The notes beneath the pieces are model-generated. The model saw only the letters and a program-made list of their open reading frames with translations, was not told the DNA's origin and did not search any database. A DNA stretch of 64,000 nucleotides from Ophelia neglecta (Eukaryota). The position numbers were made by a program, and so were the translations under genes. The stretch is taken from assembly GCA_965285935.1 (NCBI GenBank), contig OZ260661.1:107074001-107138000 (forward strand), given 5' to 3'. Shown in pieces: positions 53,101 through 64,000 of this stretch (position 1 is its first letter; each line of letters starts with the position of its first letter).

Positions 53101-54263
53101 TTTTTCTCCAAAATAATATCTCTGTCACAACTGTTAATTTGGATACATCGTAATTACAATTTATCATGTCTGAACTAGAATGCCATATGGCGCCTCGCTA
53201 CTTTTTAAATCTCCATGATTCCTCAGGTCCGTAAAGGGTTTGCCAGTTAAAGGCCCGTATTAACGTTTTGTCAGATTCTTCCACAAGCAATAGGGTGCGT
53301 CCAAGGACAAGCACTCTCATTTTCTCGTTGAACGAATGATAGAGTGTACAAGACCTTTGCTAAAAACAATAAACATCTTCAAATTGTTCTTTGAAGAGGA
53401 AATGGTAAAATTATTCAGCAAAGAGGGAGAGCTATCCTGCTGTTTTTCCACCCGCCTGGGTATTCGTATCGATCTCTAGTCCCAGCGATCTTCACGAGCC
53501 TCTACCGGGGCCTGAACGCCTGAGTCCGTTAATTACAGTATCTAGGCGTGTGGGGTGGTTTGTTAACGAGGGTCCGCCAGGGGGGTCTCGAGGGGGGAAC
53601 AAGTTCCACGGGATGCAAGCTATCCTCTTCTGTCAGAAAAAGGAATTCAGAAATGCACATTGCATCTGAGACAACTTGCATCAACTGGTTCGGATTATGC
53701 TAATATCAATATAATACAAACTATACTAAGAAAATCATCACAAATTATACGTTTATATGCCTATCAGGTGATTATTGGAATCAACCAGCCTGCACCGCTG
53801 TCGGGCCGAACCCTGGCGCATACCAAATCTTGTCAGCGTCAGTCAGAGCGGAATTAAAACAAGACTGGCCATACTATAATAGGTCTGGTTGTCTTTTATC
53901 TGCCTCTAGGCAGCCGTACGTGGCTAGAATGTCTGGCTTCTCTAGTATATATACGCAGGCCAAAGATTGGCCTTGCTGCTGTCCGCTGACGAGTTCTAAG
54001 CAGAGCTCTTAATGGTGGATACATAAACCTACATATACTTTGCCATAATAGAAAAGCTTGTTTGTATGTGTGCCTTTAACGCGAAATGGCATTTAGTTGC
54101 CTTGATGTCCTTGTCGTTACAGCTTCTACAATTTTATGAATATGAGTTGAAACTCACTCTCGTTTCACTGTTGTTTTTATCTCTGTAAGACATAGGCCTA
54201 GTTGCCTACATCATAAGTTGCATTGTTATACATGCAATAACAATTTGCAATTTGTTACGTCTA

Positions 54264-54315
54264 TTCACCACATCAATTGATACGGTTATTTCACCACATC
54301 AATTGGTACGGTTAT
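54264..54315. repeat. Recent 26-nt tandem duplication
   Basis: TTCACCACATCAATTG(A/G)TACGGTTAT twice, one mismatch. Confidence 0.9.
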
Positions 54316-55142
54316 TATAACCAGTTGCTTGCAGTGACTATTATCATGCCCAAATGATGGAAAACAAAAATATTTCCTTTTTACAACTATAAAGAAGCAG
54401 TGCTCTGTTTCACACCGCCCTGTACGTCGCACTTTCGTTTTCAATATATGATTAAGGAAGCCATTATTTCGAGCAAGAGGATCCAATTTACATGGACGTC
54501 GGGTGTTGGTGGGGTACGTTCTTCTATAACGACCTATCCTAACTGTTTTCAGTTACGTTTTTTTTGCAATTTTATCCCCTGTGTTTGTCTACAGGTACTC
54601 CTCCCTCGTGTCAAGCCACCCTACTTGTTTATGATAGTTTTGTTTGAGTTGACCTTTTTGAAACTCGATGTTCATAGATCCACAGCTCCAGGCGTGGTAC
54701 ATAAACATGCGCATGAAAATAGTTAGGCCTACGCTTTGTAATTCGATCACCACACGCGTGGATGGGTATATTCTGGAGGATATGTTTGTATAAAACAAAA
54801 CGTACGGGTTTCAAATCAAAATTGATTGTGAATTTTAGTTCTAGTTGATCGTTTTGCATGATAATTATCAGCCTCTTTAATATCGCAATAAAATAAAAAC
54901 ATGGGAGATTCGAACATTTTATTATTAAAATACTTTACAGCAACATCGGATGTTGAGTAACGGTAGGAAAATTTAACAGGTTTTTGATTAAGAACATCAT
55001 ACATCGGCAAACCAGCGTTTGGACATTTTGCTCTAATTTACCGTAGTCTGCTCACTGTTGCCTGTCCTATTCCATTTTGTATTCGAGAAGGATCCCCTTC
55101 ACTAATGTTTCTCATTCGAGCCAATTTACCTTCCAAGTATAT

Positions 55143-55445
55143 ATTTATTTATTTATTTATTTATTTAGCCATGATTACCTAGGAGCACCATCAGTGTGTA
55201 CTAACACTGTTCGCCCTGGGGCTCCTGTGTTAACATCATATCTATAGACTAAACAATAGACAAACTACACCCCCCCCCCCCCCCATCAACAGTATTTATG
55301 TCATACAGGATCAATACAGAGACCAACAGTTTGTTTTCGTGTTAAACATTTGCTCAAAATCAGAAAGAGAGCACTCAGATTTTAGTTCTGGCAGGCACAA
55401 TTTAATGTTGTTTACGATACGTACCTTCTTTAACAGAAAATGCAT
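55143..55445 (-). mobile_element. 3-prime end of a CR1/L2-type LINE: decayed ORF2 tail, terminal stem-loop and (TAAA)n tail
   Basis: (ATTT)n at 55143-55166 lies next to a nested hairpin, AGGAGC..CCA/CAGTGT-loop-ACACTG/TGG..GCTCCT (55181-55226). The minus-strand translation further in (AFSVKKVRIVNN...LPELKSECSLSDFEQMF) resembles the decayed C-terminus of LINE ORF2. Confidence 0.55.
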
Positions 55446-58044
55446 TATTAGTACAATAAGATCGAAAGGGCAAAACACGAAATCATGTTATTGTTTTTTC
55501 TACTAGGATAATTTGCCCGGAGGTGATTGTTTTCCAATACCAATATGTCCACCTTATACGTCTCTCCCGATCATAACACTTACAAAGAAATGTATTTACA
55601 TATTTAGAGGAGCCAGTATCTAGACCTGCAGGGTATAAAAAGGTCCAATTATTGAGTTATAGGCTTCCCAGGGGCCTTCGGGTCCGACGGGGTTGGGGCG
55701 GGTGCCCCATTTGGGACAAGCCACCCCGGGGTCTTTACACCCATAATATTTGTAAAAGACCTAATGTATTTGTTTCAATTTTCAAAATTAACTTTTTATG
55801 CCCTTCACTTCTTTTTTTTTTGGAAAAAAAGTGGGGAGCGCAAAATAAATGTCAAAGGTCTGGGACCCGCATTTGCTTTGACTTTGCCAGGACTGGTTAA
55901 GCGACGTACATGATTACTATCCCTTTAAATTGGTGGGGGACGCCTTGTTCATATTCGCTCACTAGCCAAGAACCAGAAGAGACTGTAAGTGCGAGTTATC
56001 TGCTTGCACCCTAATATGCTGCCATGTGTGGGTCGACAAAATATCGGCCAGTCACTGACAGGTCCACTGTAAGCGTCCCATCGCTCGTTTTCGGGAAATA
56101 ACTCTTGCACATATACTGTCGAGGTGTTCTAGAGCAACAGTAGGGCTATGGAGTGCACTCAGCATTCTTCTCATGTGGCTGCACAATTTGCGCTATATAG
56201 TAGGCCTATACTGAAGGGTTCTTTGTGCATAACTCTGGGTTAGAACGAAGACAACGAGTAAACGAATTGGCCACTATTATAGTCCCGAGGTTCGACTTGA
56301 GCTTTTAAAAGTGTTTGTAAATCAGCATAACCTTTTGCCCTTGACAAGGCCAGTTATATTTTATCCAGCGAGGCAAGGATGTTCCCCTATTTTAATGGAT
56401 CCATGTACACCCACTTCTCTGCCCCTTGCCCTGCGAACCGTTTAGTTACAAAGACGGGCAAACAGTATAGTCAACAGTTGTATTGGGAGGAGAAAAATAA
56501 CAAAAATCCATGGCAATATTTTATTATCTCCGTCCAGCTTGCCTATATCATTAATCAAGAGTCGATATTGTAGTAAGGCCGGCATCAAATAAGAATACAG
56601 TGAAACCTGCTTTAAGGACCCTCACGAAGAAGATTAGTTCCCAATTTTCTGTAATTGTAATTTTACCATTCGTTTTGAATGTTTGCGGAGCCTTTTACAG
56701 ATAAGTAGTATTAAACGGACAGGCAATTTCGGTTTTAGACAGTTTTATAAGCGTCATACTTTCTTATAAATTGTCCATAGAATCTTCTAGTTGTCCATTT
56801 AACTCTATATAATGAATTCTTTAAAGACAGACCCATTAGCCTATTTCATGTAGTAAGGACTAGGTATATTACTACTAATATCTGAAGGGCAAATGATATT
56901 TGTACACTTCGTGAATTAGTCCATGTTAACGATCTTCTTGTAATCATATTATGGAATTAATGCAATCAACTGTTTCGTGTACATCCGTAGTAGAAAAGAC
57001 ATGCAGGTCTACCAGATATTCTGCATTTCTCAAATACAGAAGCGTAAAAATAACGGGAGCATGCATTTCTAGGCCCTGCTGATTATGAAAGAAGCGGTGG
57101 AAATGACTTCGATTATGAAATAATGCGACCTGTGTTGCATTCTCATTCATTAGCTGAATTATAAAATCTTGGTTCGCGGATAAGTCTGATTACATCATGG
57201 GAAAAAGTAGGGGTCAAGCAGTGCGCTCCTTAACTGCGCGGCCAACTATTTTCACTGTACATGTTCCAACTGGGCATTGAAAGGAATATATATTTATATA
57301 TAGTTCAAACTTTGCATAATCAGTATACTTAATTATTTGTATATACTGACCATTTTGGTGATACCCCCCTTCACATGTGTTTCCTCATGCTATTAAAGGC
57401 ATCTTACCAGGTCTTCCACGATCGCATTATTGATTCTGATTAACAAAGCGGAATTACGCTTCTACCAAACATTAGGAAAAAAACATGATTCATCAACAAG
57501 TCCCATCCATCTAGATGTAATATTCTAAAGCATGCAAGAATAGGTAGTTAGCATATCTTACCAGAAAATAATTGTACCTGTCATTTAAATTGCTGCCGAT
57601 ATGTAGAGGTTAAATACGTAAGAACATATCGGTGTAATATGTGGACAGAAAAATCATAAACCAAAACATTAATACATGAAAAATTGCCAACTTTAAACAA
57701 CTTGTATCACATTTAAGCTTATTTGATGTTGCTTCCTTTTTTATCTTAAATAGGGAAGCCTATTTCACGAGTATATTGAATAGGCCTATCTTATTATTCT
57801 AATCTTTAATAACAATGTATTGTCATTTCAACTGACCCATTCCGTACAGTCAATATAATTGACGTTGCCGCGTGATTAGCCGGCCAGTTATGTCACAATA
57901 GTAAGAGAGAGAAAATCTAAGGTCAACCGGTCGTTTCGTTCTACTGGGAAAGTAGAACGTAGTTTCGTACATAGACAGATATTTATAATTATTTATGCAC
58001 AAATATATTGTGTTTTTTCACACTTGCTTTTCTATCTGTTTCAG

Positions 58045-58275
58045 ATTCCAGCTTTGTATTGGCAAATGCCAGGATTGTGGACTACCCTATCGTCTACTGT
58101 AATGATGGCTTCTGTAAACTGGCGGGATACAACAGAGCGGAAGTGATGCAAAAGAGCAGCACGTGCAGTTTTATGTATGGTGAGCTGACTAACAAAGACA
58201 CGGTGCACAAGATAGAGGAATCTTTTGAATTACAGGAGCAGGAGCAGTTAGAAATACTACTCTATAAGAAAAACA
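58045..58275 (+). CDS. eag: EAG potassium channel, coding exon 2 (PAS domain)
   Basis: Acceptor TTTTCTATCTGTTTCAG; 231 nt, phase 1/1, encoding (H)[76 protein letters not shown]; donor GTAAGT at 58276. Closely matches the Drosophila eag and KCNH1 PAS domains as recalled. Confidence 0.97.
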
Positions 58276-59580
58276 GTAAGTATTGATCAAACCTAAAAGT
58301 TTGAGACATTAACCCATTTTTCATTCTTTTTTGGATAGTGTATGGTTATTCTCTTTGTTTCAATACGTTTAATGGCTTAAGAAAAAAGACTTGTCAGGCT
58401 GTTGACAAAGATTAAACATTTCTCACACGCGATCTATAGGGTTGACTTGGCCTACTGTATATGAGTTGTTTGGTTGTCTTGCCACTTATATTGATTGAGG
58501 AAGAGACAAAAACAGAATCGCAATGGTGATTTCAGATGATTGTACCTCTCAGCGGGTGACGGAGTGCGTAATTTGATCACCTCCTTTTAACAATCGATTG
58601 TTTTGAATAGAGCTTTATTGAAAACTCGATCAGATTTTCTAGGGCTATCGGCTGCTGGTCATTGTACTAGACAGTTTGCGAGTGTTCGGACATTAACGGT
58701 TGGGTCTGTTGTTAGGAATCGCGATTGGGGGTTAATTGATCGAATCGTGTAAACATGTATACATGTGACTTAGTCTACGCGCTGGGTGTCACGAATATAA
58801 GCAAGCCTTCCCGATAGGCCGATTCAGCAAATGATCACATATCAGAAAACTAAAATGGTTCAATAATAAACCTTTGTCGAGGACAAAGATGAGACACACT
58901 ATTATAGGCAGGTACCAGTCGATATCGTCACTGGCAAGGAGTAAATATTGATATACATCACCTAAACCACCCAAGTCCTGTAATGCTTTCCTGGTACTTA
59001 GAATGTGATATTGGCGAAAGAGAGAAACCATTTTAAAGTTGTAAATTGTCTTTCAATTGGAATTATTTTCCTTTCCAAACAGGACACTTTTTTTGTAAAG
59101 ACAAAACCTGTGCAAAAGCATGCACCTCGTCCAGTGCAGACTTTTTCCCAATTTCCTCTCATATTCATGAAAAATATATCAGACTTTAATGACGAAAAAA
59201 CTTTGTTCGGAACCGGCCGGAAGTAATTTCCTTTGTTACGTGACCCCTTGGAAACATCTCCCACATGCACGCCATTATTGTATGTGGAAGACACAGCCGT
59301 GGCTCATCACTGCTTGGCATTGGCCTTCAGCCACGCCATTTAATCCTCCGATGAAATGGTCCGCTCTCGTGGGCAGATAAAAACTTGGCTCGTTGTTTTT
59401 TTCTTAGCTGAGAATTTTCCTATACCGGGAGGCAGAAATCCCTATAATTAGACGAAACGAAGCTGTCGTCAGACAACTGCTACCTTGGTTAAAATAGTGT
59501 TAGGCCTATGCCTTGTAATAGGGTGTTCAGAGAATGTGTGTACTGGTTAAGGAATTAGCTATTGTGGCTTCTCACTATAG

Positions 59581-60125
59581 GATGTTGGTCCCGACCTCCC
59601 GGTGTTCGCACTATGTTGCTCCCGATGATTGCCCAGTTTTTCCCGATTTCCTATAGGGATAGGCTCGAAAAAACCGAAACTTGGTCTAGGCCCTCTAAAT
59701 CGAGATGAGACCGGGACATATCGAGGCACTCCGGAAAGACTCCCGGAGAGTCCGGTAGAGACAATAAAAATACCGAGAGAATCCGCCTAGATATACCGGA
59801 ACTTCACATGTTCTACATCGGTGTAGTACCGTCGAGGAAAATCATCTGTGTAAAATCCCCAGTTTATCCAAATATTCGTCACGGTGTTGTCCCGGTGTTG
59901 TCCCCGTCTCTCACGGTCTGGGATCGATATGGAATGTTTGAATATGTGTCCTAAACTGTTCCACTCCCTCCCGGTTTGCCAAACCGGTTCCGGTGAATTC
60001 TCCCAGTGTGTCCCGACCATTCTCGGTGTTTACCGATGTTTCCCGATGTTTTCTCGGTTCTTTCCGGTCCGACATTGGGGCCCCGCCGGCATCAGATCGG
60101 GACCAACTTCAGTATTTTTCGAGGC
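59581..60125. mobile_element. Foldback/MITE-like element rich in CCGA/TCGG/CCGG units
   Basis: GATGTTGGTCCCGACCT (about 59581) pairs with AGATCGGGACCAACTTC (about 60094), 15/17. Internal inverted matches include CCGGAAAGA/TCTTTCCGG and CCGGGACA/TGTCCCGG. Confidence 0.6.
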
Positions 60126-63100
60126 TAGTTAAAAAAGTAGCTCCTCCATTCAGCATTATTTAATCGGCTTCATTGGCAACTGATTTCGGTACTTGTGGAT
60201 TTACGCAGCTGAGTGACGGTCCACTTTATTACTATATTTATTTACTAACTCACCCACACGTGAAGAGGCGTTGGCCTATAGGCTATTGCACCGTGTATTT
60301 TTGCAATTTGCCGCCTACCTTTCCTTGGATTTATTTAATTGCAGTGAAATAACTGCATCAACACAATGCTCGAATTGTTGTGTCATAGTGATGGTTACTG
60401 CCTGACTGTTCGTTTCGGAGTGTTATCGATTATGGTTGTCCATTATGTGGACGAGATAAATGAAAAGCGGCAGATTCTCAAAAATATCTCGATTTTTTTT
60501 TCTTCTGTATTAGATATTATTATTTTTAAAAGTTATTTTTAAACTATAATAGTAAAATTTGTGTATATGTATCCTTTTAATGAATATTAAATCAACCTCC
60601 AAAAAAGGGCCTTTTAAAATTCAAAACGATGCCCCTCATTTAGCCAATGGTGTAAACAAATGAAGGGGGCATAATATCTTAATAGAAAAATGGAAAATAC
60701 CTTGTAATTTTCTTTTCCTTTTCCCCCGTATCGTCTGATATAACCACAAAACACGTATATATCGCTATATATAATTTGTGTTAGGTATTACTATTATTAT
60801 ATTACTGCATATCACAGCCGTTAAAATAGTACCTTGAACAAAACATGATTTGTTCCTTGGACAAATAACTCCCAGCATTACCTTGTAATATGGATCTTCT
60901 TCATATGGGTCTGATATACGTAACATAAAATGGCAGAGAACCACACGATTATAATCTATATTAGATATTGATAAACACCATTTCATTCGAATCAATATGA
61001 TTTTGCAATTGATAACAAATGTACTAAGGTAGACATTATTTGTGAACATATGAAGTGAATAATGATTATTGAAATTTCTCCATTGCACGCTTTATACCTG
61101 AATTAGGATATCAATTTGTATGCCTTTACTTCTAGTGAATCAGCCTAGCAACAAAATAATCAGCACATTGTATGTGTAAAAGCCTTTTGAGAAATCACAC
61201 TGCGCACTCCTCATATAGTATGTTTTTTCTTGTTCGAATCTAGCAAATCAGGATTGTTCAACTGATATTGGGGTGTAACACAGTATAATGTAGGACACGT
61301 TATTAGCGAAAAAAATGAGTTGAAACGGGATACATAAATAAATCTGCGGTATATACACAAATTATTCTATTAGCTATTCAATGTTAATACTTGAATAATT
61401 ATATTCTAAACAGGGATCCGTAGGAAGGTATACAAACCTAATGTCACCAAGCATTTCAGTGAATATCAGGCTATCAACAGACAGTCAATGGTACAGGTCT
61501 TATTAACTGAATTGTGCTTGTCGCCAAATAGTAATAAAAATAATAATAATTATTACTATTATAATCTGTTTTATAGGTCCACGGTGCCTATGAATACTAA
61601 ATTAGCCAATTTATAACCCTGACATTTAATACCTGTGTCTGGAACCAAAGGTCTGTTTTAAATGGCACAGGGCTATGTTTTTTAGCACTATCTAATGCCA
61701 CCTAACGTGAGGAGGGAGTCCATCGCGATGTTATTATAAACTACATATACATAAGGGCCTACACAATTATATTTCTGCCGTCTTTAGAAGTGAAATATCA
61801 AACACCCAATGGGTCCGGAGGCCATAATAACAATTTAATTAAGATAAGCTTGGGAAAAGGCCGTTTTGGGCGTATAATATACAGAATGGTCACCATTACA
61901 CAGAGTGCCAACTCCATGGAGCGTTGCCGATATAAATGTGTTCTATTTCTTTGTGGACACACCTTCCGCTAGATTTTCTGGATACGTGCATAATTTATAT
62001 TGGTTCCAAAATTAGACTTGGCTGAAGCAAGCGTATATTGTTCTTGTTTGTTTTTAAGCCCTATTTAAGAACAGAACAACAAAATAAAAAGAATGTTTCA
62101 TGCGTGTTTCAGCACATGTTCATCAGATTCCAAAGATAATAGTTTTCCTCAAGCCAAGTTTAAATCTATGGCATTCTTAGACTGAGCAAGCCAACATTGT
62201 TTTCTAAATAGACATCATGCCAACCGTGTTAAACGTATGGACGATATTTCATAAGAAACGGCCTCTGGTGGGAATAGTTATAATGTCTAAGGAAATGTTC
62301 GATACCAATCGCATTGCTTCGAAACTTGACTAACGTCACTGGACAGATCTTCTAACAAAAGAATCTCTATACGCTAAAAATGATTTGCCTTAGTAGACAG
62401 ATTTGCTGATATTATATTCTTTCATTTGCGCATTGCCACTTTATATATATATATGTATATATATCTATATATATATATGTATATAGCCTGTAAGTTGTAA
62501 TCAGCTAATGGAGCAACCAGGATCCAAAAATTTCGCCCCGGGATTAAGTTAATAGGCGAAATGAGGGAAGGGGTCCCAAATAGACTTCAGGTCGTCGCTG
62601 TCTTTGTTGCTCTGTCTGAAGGTAAACAGTATCGGTTTCATGCCACTGACTTAGCAACGCCATCATAAATTGTTGTTGGTTTTTGAATTGGAAAAAGGGA
62701 AAAAAATCAGAATTGGTGTGTGCAACACGAAATATTAATACACCATCCAATATATAACTGTTTCAATTCACTTCATTATATTGCCATTTATTATATTATT
62801 TACACCATGCACACAGCAAAAATATTTTTGAAGTATATTACTGGTAAATAACAAGGCACATGCAAGAAGTCTAAGCTGATTGGTGCTTTAAAAACAACAG
62901 AGGCATTAACATCAATAACCAAGGATAGCAAGCTAAATAGACAGTCAAACAAGTTTCCAATATCTATATTAAATGCAAATTAAAGTGCGTATATGTGCAA
63001 GTTCAAAATAATCTATTAACTTGAATGGTATTACCAATTAATCCTAGGCAGTAATAAACTGTACATGTTGAAGACGATTATTCTTGCTTCTTTTTTAAAT

Positions 63101-63470
63101 ATGAGGAGAGGTTGTGAGAGTTATCGCACCCAATGAGACAATTAAAGGAAATATGGCCTTTTCTGCATGATAATAGTTTAGGAATAAGGCGGAAATTATA
63201 TAGTTAATGGTGTGTGGATTAAAAGCTAACCAGTTTTGCCAATAAAAAGTTTCGACATGTAAAACAAATAAGACATTTTGATATTTATTAATTTCGACAA
63301 CGGCTAGTCCTTTACACCTGAAACCAATTGAACGTTTAGCTAAAAAATGCCCTCCACTGCACTTAGACAAACATATTCCTTCAATTAGTTACTTTTTCTC
63401 AAGGCTAAGTCCTGGCTTAGCACAAAGTACAATTATGTTCCTTTTAATAAATGTTGGTATTTAATTTCAG

Positions 63471-63599
63471 AAACTCCGTTATGGCTTCTATTACACGTTG
63501 CCCCGATCAAAAACGAAAAAGATGCCGTGGTGCTATTTTTACTCACATTCAAGGATATCACTGCTCTGAAACAACCAATCGAGGACGAAACGGGAAAAG
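63471..63599 (+). CDS. eag: EAG potassium channel, coding exon 3 (end of PAS/PAC); gene continues off the right edge
   Basis: Acceptor TTTAATTTCAG; 129 nt, phase 1/1, encoding (K)TPLWLLLHVAPIKNEKDAVVLFLLTFKDITALKQPIEDETGK(G); donor GTAAGT at 63600. Confidence 0.96.
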
Positions 63600-64000
63600 G
63601 TAAGTCTCGCGTGCTTTGACGAGATTCAGTGTGATTTATCTTACAGCGATAAAATAAGCTGATCGAGCAGATAATAGGTCCAGTGCAGTGTGAATAATTC
63701 ATTGATTAATTTTCTACCATGTTCAGCCCAAACAATGGAATTCAAATACCTATTAGTGAATTTTTGTACGGTCGATAGTCAGGTAATTTCACTGATGACT
63801 CCACCGTTACTTCCACCTACTTATTTTCAAAAAATATGCTTCCTTGTTCAAAGCAAAACCTTTAATATTGATATGTATAATCCTACGTAAGAACATATTT
63901 TTTAGCATAGGCATCTACTCCCCCGCGAATAATCCCCGCTGTTTTCCTTGTTGATCCAATTGTCCACAAAAGAATCAATTTCAGTTGTGCGTAGTTGTAT

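Noticed and set aside
56596-56850. Tc1/pogo-like MITE starting TACAGTGAAACCTG (similar sequence near 37240-37340)
   Set aside because: No matching right-hand TIR could be found, so it is not reported as a feature.
60810-60830. miR-2/13-like TATCACAGCC (and CATCAAAGCT near 31521)
   Set aside because: Only the seed-side 10 nt match; there is no 3-prime match and no precursor hairpin.
58276-63470. Counterpart of the short extra segment that Drosophila eag has between KKN and TPLW
   Set aside because: No frame-preserving, stop-free phase-1 exon with similarity was seen by eye; exons 2 and 3 join cleanly.

Overview
Eukaryotic, AT-rich, intron-rich genomic DNA from a bilaterian invertebrate; the taxon cannot be fixed from the sequence alone. 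Three spliced protein-coding genes are supported. (1) The first coding exon of nidogen/entactin lies on the minus strand (5718-5524), and the rest of that gene runs off the left edge. (2) A complete, compact 3-exon gene on the plus strand (9651-12429, about 489 aa) sits head-to-head with nidogen. It encodes an N-terminal C3HC4 RING finger and a long disordered tail that I cannot assign to a known family, with a possible 12-nt microexon. (3) The first three exons of an ether-a-go-go (EAG/Kv10, KCNH1/5-type) potassium channel lie on the plus strand (21583-21658, 58045-58275, 63471-63599). They encode the PAS-cap and PAS domain around a 36.4-kb first intron, and the gene runs off the right edge. 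The remainder is intronic or intergenic DNA with MITEs, decayed CR1/L2-type LINE fragments, minisatellites and many long G/C homopolymer runs. Best leads: the unassigned RING protein (duplicated module with FxxP motifs, plus SIM-like motifs), a GC-rich 56-codon ORF nested in eag intron 1 with a PKI-like basic motif, a uORF-dense eag leader, roughly 30-fold enrichment of the palindrome TAGGCCTA, and the nidogen-eag linkage. No CRISPR array, rRNA, tRNA or convincing ribozyme was found. Most ORFs in the supplied track are chance or repeat-derived.
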